Assembly (NCBI RefSeq): GCF_001194135.2
Contig: NC_068988.1
Coordinates: 91,512,342-91,576,341 of the forward strand
DNA length: 64,000 nt
Source: Octopus bimaculoides
Lineage: Eukaryota
Reading direction: 5' to 3'
The position numbers were made by a program, and so were the translations under genes. Below the pieces are notes generated by a model. It ran no database searches. It was not told the origin of the DNA and worked only from the letters and a program-made list of their open reading frames with translations. Of the stretch, positions 1 to 13,900 are shown one piece after another. The number at the start of each line of letters is the position of its first letter. The stretch's first letter is position 1.

Positions 1-432
1 AAACTGAAGGAGTACATTAACAGGCAATATTTTTTTTTCTTTTTTAGATCTATTTGAAAGGACATTTTGATGCCATTTCGATGCTTATTCACCATTATCA
101 TCATATTGTAGCTATAATTTTTCATAAATTATACTATGTTTTTCAATAACCTTTGAAAATAATCAAGAATTTAGAATAGATTAATTTGTTTTTAGTAAAA
201 TAATTAACTTTTTCAGTATTACTGTGGTATGTATAACATAACTTAACAAAAGGTTCTTACGTACATGTCTGATGAATGATTTTAATTTAAATATGAACAA
301 ATTAAAACAGATTGGTATCAAAGAACCAGGCAGTTTGTTAACATAGGTTTTACAATATTAATATGGTTCAGGTGGAACTATAATACATCTTTTCTAATAC
401 ACTCTCTCAGTGTCATCTCTTTATTGCAGATA

Positions 433-1010
433 ATCATCATCATCATCATCATCGTTTAACGTCCGCTTTCCATGCTAGCGTGGGTTGGACGATTTGACTG
501 AAGACTGGTGAAACCGGATGGCAGAGTTTCTACAGCTGGATGCCCTTCCTAATGCCAACCACTCAGAGAGTGTAGTGGGTGCTTTTACATGTCACCCGCA
601 CGAAGGCCAGTCAGGCGGTACTGGCAACGGCCACGCTCAAAATGGTGTACTTTATGTGTCACCCGCACAAGAGCCAGTCCAGGGGCACTGGCAACGATCT
701 CGCTCGAAAATCCTATGAAGGCCAGTCAGGCGGTACTGGCAATGGCCACGCTCAAAATGGTGTATTTTATGTGCCACCTGCACAAGAGCCAGTCCAGGGG
801 CACTGGTAACGATCTCGCTCGAAAATCCTTACACATGTCACGGGCACAAGTGCCAGAAAGGCGACGCTGGGCACAGGTGCTATCCCGATTTCGCTTTCGC
901 TTGCCCCAATAAGTCCTTCTATCCATATCTTTCAAAGCCCATCTCTGCAGAGACTTCTTCCAACTCAAACTCATAGTGGTTTTCACCCAGCATGCTTCAT
1001 TACATGTCAC
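433..1010 (-). mobile_element. 3' end of an RTE-type LINE / RTE-tailed SINE with a (GAT)n tail and an internal 115-bp tandem duplication
   Basis: (cat)n-cgtttaacgtccgctttccatgctagc signature recurs at least 6 times in the window; the minus-strand ORF 726-1058 has an RTE ORF2 C-terminus-like WKKSLQRWALKDMDRRTYW; duplicated unit at 602-716 and 717-829. Confidence 0.7.
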
Positions 1011-1571
1011 TATTAATGAAATAGTCTTTTGAATACACAACATTGAGCCACACATCATTTGTAATGTATTTCAGTGTAATGAGAGATGTTACATGGGGTT
1101 ATAGAGTTTTTCTCAATGAACAAGGAGTATTTATGGTGATATCAACCAAAGAGAGACTACGCATTGACTTTTTCAGCTTTGAGTCATTAACTGCCATCAT
1201 GTCTAATTGTCAAATATATTTTAATAAATATTCTTTGAGTTTGTTTGACATTGATTTCTGCCGACATCCCCCTCCATTACTAAAACTTTCTTTTGATCAA
1301 GAATAAAGAAATTTTGTGTGTGTCACACACACACACACACACATACATGCACCAACACACAAGTAATCTAACTGGTCATAAAGCAGTTCAAAGTGTAAAT
1401 ATATAATTTTGACTGTGTATGTACATAGCTAAATAAAACTTCTGTTCTAAGAAACACTTTTGTAGCTAACTACTTCAGAATTTTCTTAATGTAGTGCCAT
1501 GTATGTTAGTTCATTATATTTCAAGAAATTAGAGTTCTAGACTGAATACCAAACAGTATTTAAATTTGTCA

Positions 1572-1574
<3 letters not shown>

Positions 1575-1608
<34 letters not shown>
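1575..1608. repeat. (CT)n microsatellite
   Basis: Directly visible. Confidence 0.95.
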
Positions 1609-1609
<1 letters not shown>

Positions 1610-1807
1610 GAAATTCAAATAATATCAGTAATATATTGGGGTTGATTCAGCTCCATAATCACTCCTTTAAAAAAAAATCTGTTGCTTTGTGTTATTATAA
1701 GAGATCATTATATATCAAGCAGAGTGGTTTTCAAATTGTGTCACCTTCAAGAATTTGTAATTTATTTGGAAATATTTTGTCAAAGTGTAATTTTCCAATA
1801 TTTACAG

Positions 1808-2392
1808 AACTGAAGGAAAAAGGTAAGAAAATAACTGCTACCATGCCAAGCAACAGTCCTGATTCAAATAGTCCTAAAACAGAACTGACCAATACTAAAA
1901 GTGGACAGAGATTATCTGCTAAAAAACCTGCTCTAAATCAACCATTGAAAACATATGAAAAAGTTTCATCTACTAGAAGATCCAGTAGGATTAACATTAA
2001 ACACCAGGATCTTCCTTCACCACAAAAAAAAGCTACTCCTCCAAAATCTCCAAGAAAACTTCGTTCAAGAACTAGAAATAACAAGATGACAATGAGCCAA
2101 GAGTCCAGTTCAGATTTTGTTACAAGTTCAACTGCAAAAGTTGCTGGAAGAGAAAAGGAGAACATGCTTAAAAACACATCATCTTTAAAACCATATGAAA
2201 GATCATCTCGAATAAAACAAAATGTTGGGTCAACTCCTGTTTTAGATATTTCAAATAATTCCTGCAAGAAAACAGAACAAGCTAAAAAGATTCCTGATAC
2301 AAGAGACAACTCTGCTTTGACATCAGTGGAAAATACAAAAACCAACCTTGACCAGTCTCACTTTCCAGTATCTCAGTGTGGAGACAACAAAT
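1808..2392 (+). CDS. SYCP2: SYCP2-like exon (585 nt, phase 1-1): LKEKGKKITATMPSNSPDS...SQCGDNK
   Basis: Acceptor ttttccaatatttacag at 1807, donor aaat|gtaagc at 2393; lies within the 282-aa ORF 1636-2484; S/K/T-rich with SP/TP sites. Confidence 0.8.
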
Positions 2393-5156
2393 GTAAGCTT
2401 ACCATAACAAATATTTTTTTTTTTCCATCTTGTATTGCCAATGGTTGTAAATTAAATTTGAAATATATTAAAATTCTTTTTTAAATTCTCAATTGCAGAA
2501 TAATGCTAATAATATAGCCTGAACAGGATAAACTACCCCTACACTTTTCTCTGCAAAATAGGGGTAGTTTATCCTGTTCAGGCTATATTATTAGCATTAT
2601 TCTGCGATTGAGAATTTAAAATCACTTCTTTAACTTTCTAAAAGACATCTCAATGCTTCTAAAAAAGCAAACTTCATTTGTTTATTTACGTTTGTCGTAA
2701 TTTGAATTTAACATTAAAATTCTTATATTTAACTACTTATTTTGCATTCATTATATCCTCATTGATTTTACGTCTCTAGCCCAAACAACTACAGTTAAAA
2801 ACACATCTAATAAGACAAGGTTGAGATCATTTGACAAGTTAAACCTGCTGCCAGAAAAGTATCCACTTCGCAAAGACAATCACAGTAAGATATACACAAG
2901 ATTTCCAGTATAACCTCCACTTCATGTGCTTTCCCTTTGTTTGTGCACATAAACGTGTGTGTGTGTGTGTGCACATATTTGTATCTGTGTGTATATGTAT
3001 GTACTTACGGATACACAGAAAGATAGATGTGTATACAACATTTTAAAGTAGGCTAACTGTATAGTCATGTGTTGTAAATGGCAATTAAAAGGTTTAATGT
3101 AAGGAATGGTATCTAGAATCTCCTGTTGAAGATGATATATGACCTACACAAGTGGTTTGTTTATAGTGATCAAATATATGTACTGTACATTAGCTCACTC
3201 CCTCCATCGATGTTGCCTGAACAGGCGCACAGGAACCACACATCAGGCATCAAAGTGATTGCAAAGCGACATGGAATGTAGTGTTTTGCTCAAGAACACA
3301 ATGCACCACTCGACCCAGAAATTGAAACCATGATCTCGAAATTGTGAGTGAAACACCCAAACCACTAGGCTATGTACCCCCAAAACATATTGTGTGTGTG
3401 TGTGTAACAAGTAGAGAATGGGGAGAATAGAGTTAGTGTCGTTTTTATTCTTCAGATTACAGCTGTTTCAACGACATATGAGTGACAAATTCTATAATAA
3501 TAAGTTGCCAAACATGGAAGAGAGCAATGATTATGTCATATCGAGGTAATGAACATAATCATGTGATTTAAATGAATATAATTACCTGTTGATACTGATT
3601 AAAGTTGTGTGTATCATTTCGTTTTCTCTTTATTTCACATCCGAGCTTTGCTCAAGGGAAACTACTTAGTAATTGTTTCTCCAGTTATCTTAGCTGATAA
3701 TATATTGGTTAGATCTCTTTTATTTGTTCTCTCTGATTTCTTTACGTGCTTTAATTTTCTCAAGCTGACACAAATGACACATTTAACTCTTAATTTTGAT
3801 TTGTTTCTCATGATTTTTTTGGTTTTTTTTAGATAAAAAGAGACCTGAAAACAAAACCACAAGCAATTCAACTGCAACAGAATTGAAGGAATCAAATAGA
3901 TCAATATTGAACAATCCATCTATCTGTACTATCCAGGAAACCCAAGAAAGTGTGTTTTTCATTATTTAACTTGACTATCTCTTTATAATTAATTATACTC
4001 AGTCGTTATCACAATCATTGATTTTTCAAGAATTGATAGTGTAGTTCAGTGTAAGGTGTAAAGAGTATTGTCTTAATTTCTGAGTATTTCTGGTACCCTG
4101 TTGACTAATATTCTTTTCACAATTTAACATTTATTTTTCTGTACCAGAATAGGGAAAATGTTTCGTGTTCATTTTTTACTTTTGTTTCATTTTCACTGGA
4201 GTAATTCTATTTCCTACTGGATACCCTTTTTACTTTTAACCACACAAATATGAAATAGGGGTGGAATATGTTTTTGCTAGTCAAACAACTCCATTTAGCG
4301 TAATCAGAGGTACTCCTATACTACTTCATCAATTTGTACCAATGAAAATGTTATAAACTTGATTTACTCAATGTTGTGCCTTTAATATGATATTTCTGCA
4401 TTGCTAATTAAATACTAGTATGATTTTACACTTTTGTCACATCAACATTACTGACCATCTGAAAGAATATATCTTTTATTTAAGCTTTATACTGATACAC
4501 AATAATATCCTAATACTTATACCATTTTGTGTGAGTGTCATCAGAGAGATACTGAATGATAAAGTGATAGAAGGGATATATATCTCTTCTATCACTGATA
4601 TAACAGCTAGGTCAGTCAGTACATCAATCTAGAGTTTGGAGAACTAACATTAATTTACTATGTGTCTATCTCTTGAAAAAGAGACAAAATCTCTCAGACA
4701 CTTTGTGATTTTGAGAATCCATCATCACCTGTGCCTGAAAGAAGTCATGTTTCACCTGGAAAATTTCCCTAAGAGACCCTGCTATATGCTTGTGATTTAT
4801 CAACCAATATTTTGATGCTATTTCTAGTAGATCAAGGAACCATATAGAGCCTCCGTATTGTCCGACATAATGCCTTACATTATGTGTGTGTAACTTAGTC
4901 ACAATAAAGTGATTCACTGGTTATTTTCCAATATGCCCACTCCATGTATTAAGTGTTGTTTTCTTTCATTTATACATATAAATGGGTAAATGTGTGTGTG
5001 TACGTGGCAAGGTCAGGCTTCCTGCAGTCTCTGCGTTCATGTCTGCTTGTCCTGAGTTGGACTCATCAGGCATCAGCAAGTTTGCGACAGATGTGGAGAT
5101 TGCCTTCCATAAGTTTTTGCTTGCAAAAACAAGCCAAGAGAGTATGTATGTGTGTG

Positions 5157-5192
<36 letters not shown>

Positions 5193-8100
5193 TCTATAAT
5201 GTGTGTGTTTCTCATAAATAAATTAGTAGTCAGAGAGATGATTGACGACAAATCAAGTGGTGGAAGTCCTAAGGTTGCCCAACTTTGTCTTCATCTTAAT
5301 TCTGGCAAATACCTGTGACAACACTGGAACTCAGCTGTATTAGCCATTTTTCTGGTCAACATTGATGATGTGGAAAAGAGATCCCGCTGATCTTCCATAC
5401 AACTTGCCTAAACTCTAGAGAACACAAATCCTGTGTTGTCTAACCAGACTATCAATACAGGGTGAAGTGAGATTTTCTAGGTACTGATGTATGGTTTTGC
5501 AAAGCAAAAGAGATGCCAAAAATATTTTTAAAAACAGAGAGAGAGAGAGAGAGAGAGAATAGTTCTTAATTAAAATATTTGTCTGTTCAATGGTTACAAC
5601 AGACAACATTATTCTACCATCATTAACTTTATAGAAAGATATCAGTATTGACTTATATAAGATCCTCTGCATTAATGTAGATCACTGCCTGCAAAGAAAG
5701 GATGCATTGATCTTAACTAGATTGCTTTTGATCATAGAATTAAAGTGCAACATGAAATGAGTTTGTCTATTATAAAAGACAATTAGCATTTGTAACTTTG
5801 AGGTTAAGGTGATAGAATCTTGATCATTAACAAGGTATAAGCTTAGTTCTTATAACAACTATTAAGCTCTATTTCCCTGAGCAAGACAGCTTATTCTAGT
5901 TTATGTGGCTGAACAAAAGATGAATTTCTTCTCTTCTATAGAGTTCGGCTGTAAACGCAGTTGTTCCAACAAAAAGTATCCCACTTCTGGGAGAATTTAA
6001 GATACGCCGTTTTTATTGTTTATTTATTTATTTAACTTTTTTACTGTTTGCAATGCCGCTTGCATGTGATGCAAATGCGGAAGTCTAAGGGAGATAATAA
6101 GCCACCAGTGTAAGGGAGGTAAATTGTCAATTTCAGTTTTATTTTTTCTAGAAAGAATCTTTTTAAATAGTTATTTCCAAGAAAATATAAATTTTTTAAA
6201 AATTCTTTTCTCAAAGGACAATGTTAAAAATTAGAACACAAGAGTGATTGAATCGTTGATTTTGTTCTTTCAGGCTTTTTCTTTATAAATATCTTTGAAA
6301 ACGTGATACTACTAGAAAATATGCAATATGAAGCCGCTGTAACTGTCTACTTAATTGATCTTTTTTAGCCTTTCTTATAACAATTTGTAGATATACACAT
6401 GAGTACAGAAAGTCAACAAATCATTGATATCAAGGACAAATATTCTTTGATAGAATTTTATTCCTATCCTATTTTCTTTGTATTTGCATTTTCACATAGT
6501 GACAGTGAACTAATTGAAATCTAGCTATCAAGATAGTTTCTATGTCAGTGGCCAAATAGTTCAACATAGCAACCAAATCTTTGCCAACAATACCTATTTT
6601 ATCTTTAAAATGAGATCCACATATATTGTTTTCTTTTGTTTTACACAAGTTACTTGGTTTTTATTGGAGCAAATGTTTATTACATTTGGTTACTCTTCCT
6701 ACCACTAATTACTCAAATATGCACCTGTAAGTCAAACTGTAACACGTAGAGTTAGGGACTTTGTTCAGGAGTACAATGACAGCTTTAAATTTGATGTGAG
6801 TGTACTTAGTATTAACATATTTAATACATGAGGGAATTAAAAAGCAAATTATAAATAATTATATAGTGAGGACAAAAATTAGTGACTAACTAATGTGATT
6901 TTAGTTTATTAAATGTGGCAGATAACTCTAAATAAGTTTCCCTGTGATTATGACCTCATCAGCAAAGCATAAATTTTACTGCACTTTCCAGAATAGTGGT
7001 GGAGAAATCACTAAGTAAATGTATAAGATTGTACTCTGATTAGTGTATAAACCTAGAATTGTTTAGGGAAAAAATAAATCAGAGATTGAAGAAAATAAAG
7101 TTAGTTTTAGCATATTTAATGAGGAACGCAGTCACCCAGCATCTTTACACCTATTAAGCTGCTATATGTATATAATTTTGCATTTTAGAGCATTATAATT
7201 CACAATAAAACTGGAAAAATATCTAGAACACACATTAACTTAGGATGTTTGCCTGTACTTGAAATATAAGACTACTTTAAATTTTATACATAAAAGACAG
7301 TATATCTTTATTTGTATATCTAACATACAGTTTTGTTGATTTGTTGTAATCCTTTAACTGGATACTTGTTTACTCTTATAAAACTGACTCAACAAGTGAA
7401 TTAATTAAAATGAATATCAGTAAAAGACAGTGTTATACTCTTGTTCACTAAAATATACTTCCTAAATGTTAAGTTCTCATTATAAATATCTCAGATTTTA
7501 CAGCTCTTAAGCACTACAAAAATGTTCATTTTCCAGACTGTGCATATGAAGAGAATTCTATAGTCATCCCAGAATCTGTGCCACTCAAGCAGCAACCTCT
7601 CGTTTCTAGGAAACTGGCTAACTCCAATACTAAGTAAGTTAAAGCTCATATTCTACAGAATGTAAATCTCTTCTAAGGTACAAGAACTGGGAAAAGGGGA
7701 TAAATTCTAAACAAGATAAATCTGCAATACAAATTCAATCCATTTACCTTAATCCACATATCTACAATTTCCAACCAGAGTTGCTAACCTGGAGAGAGTA
7801 AACAACTTCAAAATCATTATATCTGCAAGAAATAACTACTAAAACATACTTTAGATAATAGTCAACTCTTTCAAAAGGAAAGAATATGTTGTACAGTGTA
7901 GTCCTAGCTACACTAGATCTGAGCATAAGACTGAATGATCATCTTGGGAATGTCTCTGATTTCTAGATCAGCATTGACTTGAGGTTAACAACAATAATCT
8001 GGAGATCTGTGTTCTGCCAGTTTAACTTAACACCAGTTAAAATCTTTAATGGTAAGCCAAGATACCATACAAGAAATTTTCATATTCCTTCAAAGAAATC

Positions 8101-8788
8101 AGTTGAGTCTTTCTCTATATTTTCATCTTTTGTAAAGAAATATTGTTCATTTTTCTTTCTAGGATTAAACATAAAATTTCTTTGAATTTTTGTGAAATTT
8201 GTATAAACTGATTATGTTGATCAAAGTAAAATTAACATTATAAACATATATCTCAATGGTGCAGACATAGCCAAATTGTTGTAGATTTATTTCCGCAGGT
8301 AGTTTAGGCCATGAACAGAATTTAGTAAAAAGAAATTGTCCCAAAGCCCAGTCTTGACTGACTGGTTAAAAGCTTCACTTCACAACCAACACATTCCAAG
8401 TTTGATTGTTCTGTGTGACATCTTGGGCAACTTCCTTTATCACAGCTTTAGGATCAACTCAATCCTTGTGATTGAGGATAGAAACTGTAGAAGCCTGTCA
8501 GATGAACTGTACCTGTAATAGCTTTTTTCAATCTGATAGGCTTGGTATACAGGTATATCTTGGATGACGTATTTCCTCAAACGGCTCTTGAAGTCCTCCT
8601 ATACAAGGAAAATTGGTTTCATCATCTCTTCTTTTTTTTACCATGCATGCTTCTATTTAATTTCCTTTTGTTAATATTGTATATCGTGCATATTTACATT
8701 TGAAAAATGTTTTTAATCATGCAATTCTATGTAAAGCCTCAAATTTTATGTATACACAGACACACAAGCATATACATATATATATACA

Positions 8789-8829
<41 letters not shown>

Positions 8830-10895
8830 CAAATTAAAAGGGTAAAGGTTTATCAATTTATTAATTTATTAATAAATCAACAATTAGTAATTTTTACCAA
8901 GCCCTTCGGTATGTAAGCACCATTATCGGTGGAGAACTTATTTAAAAGTTCATATATATTTATAAACATAATTAAGGGATCAGCAAACATTTGCTTCACC
9001 ACATACTGAAGTTCAGAAATAGCAGCTAAAAAAGCTGAGACTCCAACAGATATATATATATATATAATACATGACAGGCTTTTTTCAGTTTCTGTCTACC
9101 AAATCCACTCATAAGGCTTTGGTTAGCATGAGGCTATAGTAGAAAACATTTGACCAAGGTTCCACATGGTGGCACCGAACCCAGAACCATGTGATTGGGA
9201 AGCAAGCTTCTTTATTTCATATGATTTGCCACAAGGGCATTGCACAGAAGAAGCAGTTGCGGGCTAGACTGGTAAAGGAGAAACACTAGCACTCCCCAGG
9301 CTAAAGTAGGTCTTCACCCATATAAGGTGTTGTTTTCTGTTTGGTGGGATATGAAAAGTTTAATCCATTTTGAACTTTTAAACCTAAACCAAATAATAAC
9401 AAAGGAGATCTACTGCGAGCAGCTTGAGCAGCTTAAGTCAGTGCTAGAAGGAAAATGACCATCTTTGGTTTCAAGACAAAAGGTGTTCTTCCATATAGTG
9501 AGGATGACATTCCAAAGGCTGGGGCAGTTTGAATAGGAAACGATGCCTCACCCATCATATTTGCCAGACATTGCCCCATCTGATTATCATTTATTCTGCA
9601 GTCTTCAAAATCATTTGGATGGCAAAAATATGAATTCTGTAGACGAGGTCATAACATTACTGGTTGAGTACTTTTTGTCACAGACAAGTGAATTTTGGAA
9701 GTGGAGCCTTGCAAGTCTACCAGATAGATGGAAGTGTATTGTAGAAAATGAAGGAGAGTATATTTTAAATTAAAAAAGAACTTTGTCTTATTTTTTAAAA
9801 ATAAAAGAAGTATAAAAGAAACCACATTATTTATGGGATGACCCAATACATTAAAAAAAAATAGTTATTATTATAATGCTGAATTGTTAGTACACCAGAC
9901 AAAATGCTTAGCAGTATTTCGTCTGTCTTCAACATTCTGTGCCCAAATTCCACCAGGGTTGACTTTGCCTTTCATCCTTTCGGGGTCAGTAAAATAAGTA
10001 CCAGCTGACCACTGGGGTTGATGTAATCAACTTCTTCCTTCCCCCAAAATTTTAAGCCTTCTGCCTATAGTAGAAAGGATTATTATTATTATTATTATTA
10101 TCATTATGACAAAGACAGTAAGCTGGCAGAATCATTTGCATGTTAGACAAAATGCCAAGTAGTATTTCTTCTGGCTTTACATTTTGAGTTCAAATGCTGC
10201 CAAAATTAACTTTGCCTTTCATTCTTTTGGGGTGGATAAGTACCAGTAAAACACTGGGGTCAATGTAATCGACTAGTCCCCTCCCCACAAATTTTAGGCC
10301 TTGTGCCTAAAGTGGAAAGGTTTATTATTAATTATTATTATTATTATTACCTCCAGGCAAACACCGGCTTTTGACAGTGGTATCGCCTCAAGTGTTGATA
10401 TTCAAAAGCAGAGAAAAAAAACAGTTTTAGAGGTAGGTATTATAAAGTAAACATTAATAGATTGTTATTTATTAAATATTATTGCTTATTGCGATATTTA
10501 TATAGTTGAGTGGCAAAGCTTGTAAAACATAGAAAATAAGTCCCTCATAATTATTATGGGACCTTTGATAGTAAAACTTTTCAGTCAACTGTAAATGATA
10601 TAATCTACTCTCTTATCTTCCATTATTCATGGGAATTACTCTTTAACTTTCCCTAAGTGAGAGAATTTACTATATTATTCTCATACCCTCTTGCATTGTG
10701 GGATTAGAGGGACAACACTGAAGACTTATACTTCAAGTAGTAGCCTTGGTGCCTCAGAACTAGCTAGTCTCATGCCACCTTCCAATATTGTGTCCATCCT
10801 ATTCCTAATTCGGTGAATGGAAGCTGGAAACCTGTAATGTGTGTGTGAGTTATCATCATCATCATTCAGTATCCATTTTCCATACTGGCATGGGT

Positions 10896-10927
<32 letters not shown>

Positions 10928-13900
10928 CCAGTTGAGTATTGGAGTCAATATAATCAACTAGTTCCCTCCCACCAAATTTCAGGCCTTGTGCCTAAAGTAG
11001 AAAGAAATTTATTTATTTTGAGTATGAGGAAGAAAGAGAAGTAATGTTCATAAGCATATTTAGACCCCACTAGGAGGAGTTGCTATGGTTAGTATACTTG
11101 TAGCTTCATATAGGGCAGAACGAGAGTAAAACACAATGAATATCAGAGGCGGGGGAGTAGCTGATAATCCAAATGAATTCAAGCAAGAGAGCAGTGGTAA
11201 AGTCAGCATATTCAGAGGAGCATAGGCCATTATCATGAGGGACAAGAGAATGGACCAATAATTGTGTAAAAGTAAGAAGCAATGGATTGGTTTTCATACT
11301 ACTGGAGGATTTTTTGGAGACTTTTCCCTTTCAGTTGTCTACTATGAGGACTGGGATGATGAGTAGTCATTCAGAGCAAGATGTCTGGACTATACTTTAG
11401 ATAAGGCCTATCACCACAAAATAGCCCCTGCTTCAGATCCCACTCCTCTCTAGACACAACTACTCTGCCAAACACATTTGCTGCTATTGAGTACTGACAT
11501 TAGGAAAATTATTGTTAGTGGAATAAAACATTTAAGTCGACATTTAAATGATTTATATGAGATATATACTATGAGCATTCTACATATTCAGTGGAAAATC
11601 TGTTAACGATGTTATATTTTATGTAATAATAGCAATTATTTTGAACATAATGGCGGTGCCCCAGCATGGCCACAGCTCATGAGCTGAAACTAGATAAAAT
11701 GAAAAATAAAAATGAAAAATAAGCACAAAGCCCTAAATTTGTTGGAAAGGGTCTAATAATGCATATCAACACTAGTACCTTATTTTAACTAACCTTGCAG
11801 GATGAAAAATAAAGTTAAAAATAAGATTTTAACTCATTATATAGAGACATAACAGCATTTAGGGTGTCATTTTACTGTTTTTTTTTTTTTTTTTTTTTTT
11901 TTTNNNNNNNNNNTTTTTTTTTTTGTTTTTTTTTTTTCATCCATTGTCATTAATAGTGATTTGTAACATAAGCCGAGGGTCAGAAACTGGAAAGAAATAT
12001 ATAGTAGTAGCTCATATCAACGTCAATATATTACAGGTATTTATTTTATCAAGCTGGCACGATAAAAAAATAATGGGGAAATAATGGTAATATAAGACTG
12101 TCCTAAATTATTTTGTAATTACATTTAATGATTAGATTTTGATTTACCTGTCATTTCTTCTATTTTCTTTCAGAAAACTGTTATAAAAATAGCTCCTTCT
12201 TCAACAAAGGATGTCAGTATAAGAGAAGATCCTTCATTCATATGTAAGCTTTTTGATTGTTGTTGTTTTCATAACATTGTGTTATAATAATAGCTTAGTT
12301 GTTCAGTTTCCTTATTGCTGTAATTTCAAATTTAATATTTCAATTTTCAATACCTTTAAATGGATGATAAAATATGGTATACACTTCTATATTCAATTAT
12401 TGTCACACATACTACATATGCATGCACACACACGTTGGCCAATGTGTCATACATGTTTAACTGCAATGAGTGAGTGTGTCGTGAAATCTTATGAAACTTT
12501 GTTAAATGTCCTGTCCAATTAAATAATACATGGTTTAAATTTTCTGCTGTTTTGTCAACACAGTTTATTTTTTCAGATTTCACAATCTAGAAAATTCCCA
12601 AGAATCATTTACCACTTTACTTTTGTTCTCTAGATCATTCTTTGATACAGAAAAATTCTGAATTGAAGTCCAGTAATATTGATAAAATCAAAGAAATAAA
12701 TAATGATGTTTTGAAAGAAGTAACAAAGGTCACTGAATCTAAACAGACTGCTGTAGAGAATTTATCTACAGCAGATAATAGAATGAAAACTAAGAGGCCA
12801 GTTAAGAAAACGTTTTTCCATTTCATAAGTTCTGATAGTGATGCTAATTCTAACAACAATAAAACCATACCTTCAAAATACTCCACCATCACAGAAGAAA
12901 ATCTCAAGAAATTTAACCAGCAAAGAGACAAGTCATTGGTTAATAATTTAAATGCTAGAATTAAAGGCTTTGTGAAATCTTCATGTGAGACTGTTTTCCA
13001 AGACATTGACAATGTTGACAAGAACCAGACTATGAAAGAAGATGAAATATTGAAGGATCCTCATCATTTTTCCACACTTCACAAATCAAGGAATCTTGAT
13101 GTTGATTTAACAAATGACAAAAGTCCTAAAACTACAAGTAATACTTCTGACCATAATAATAATAATAATAATAATGATAATAATGACAATGACCTATCAA
13201 ATAAGTCATCGGCATCTAGTAACTTATCTAGTCCTGTTACTGATCCTACAATGAGGAAAAAATCACCAGAAAATACAAATCAACAACAGAAAGTTGCTAG
13301 TCCAGAGAAAATGGCACAATCAACAGAAGGGGACCAACTAGTGAACCCCAAAACTGCCCATAATAGTTCTAAGTTCCAAACCAATTCGAAACACCAATCA
13401 AAAACAAAACGCAATATTCCAAAAGGATCCCTCTCTTATTTCTCTGCTCAACCACCAAAGGAAGCACATAGAAAATCTGAAGGTAGCCGAAGCCCAAGTT
13501 TTAAACTATTTGAACAGACTCCACCTCATCAAGCACGACACAAGGCAAAAAGAAATTACAGATCAAATAAACAAGCAAATTTATCTAAGCTTTATGACCC
13601 TTACGATTTTGACAATATCAGTAATAGCTCTTCTAATGTTAAACAGTCTATCAGAAGTTTATCTCCAGTCATTTCAGAAAAACGTAAATTTTTCAAGACT
13701 AGGCAGAATACTAAAGCAAGCAATTTTTCAAACTACTTAGATATCACCAAAAGATCAAAACCAATTAAAGAATCTGAAAGTTTTCTGCCATCTACTGCTT
13801 CCAAGAAAACCAAACAATCTTTAAACAAAAAGCATGAAACTTCAAATCAGACATCTAAATCTGTTACTTTAAATCAAACATTAAAATATGTTACTTCAAA

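Noticed and set aside
518-912. Overlapping ORFs with internal repeats
   Set aside because: They arise from the GC-rich duplicated LINE/SINE 3' UTR, not a gene
4640-4915. Coding-looking stretch (ORF 4666-4917 on the minus strand)
   Set aside because: No motif I could assign and no usable splice sites in phase; probably a decayed TE fragment
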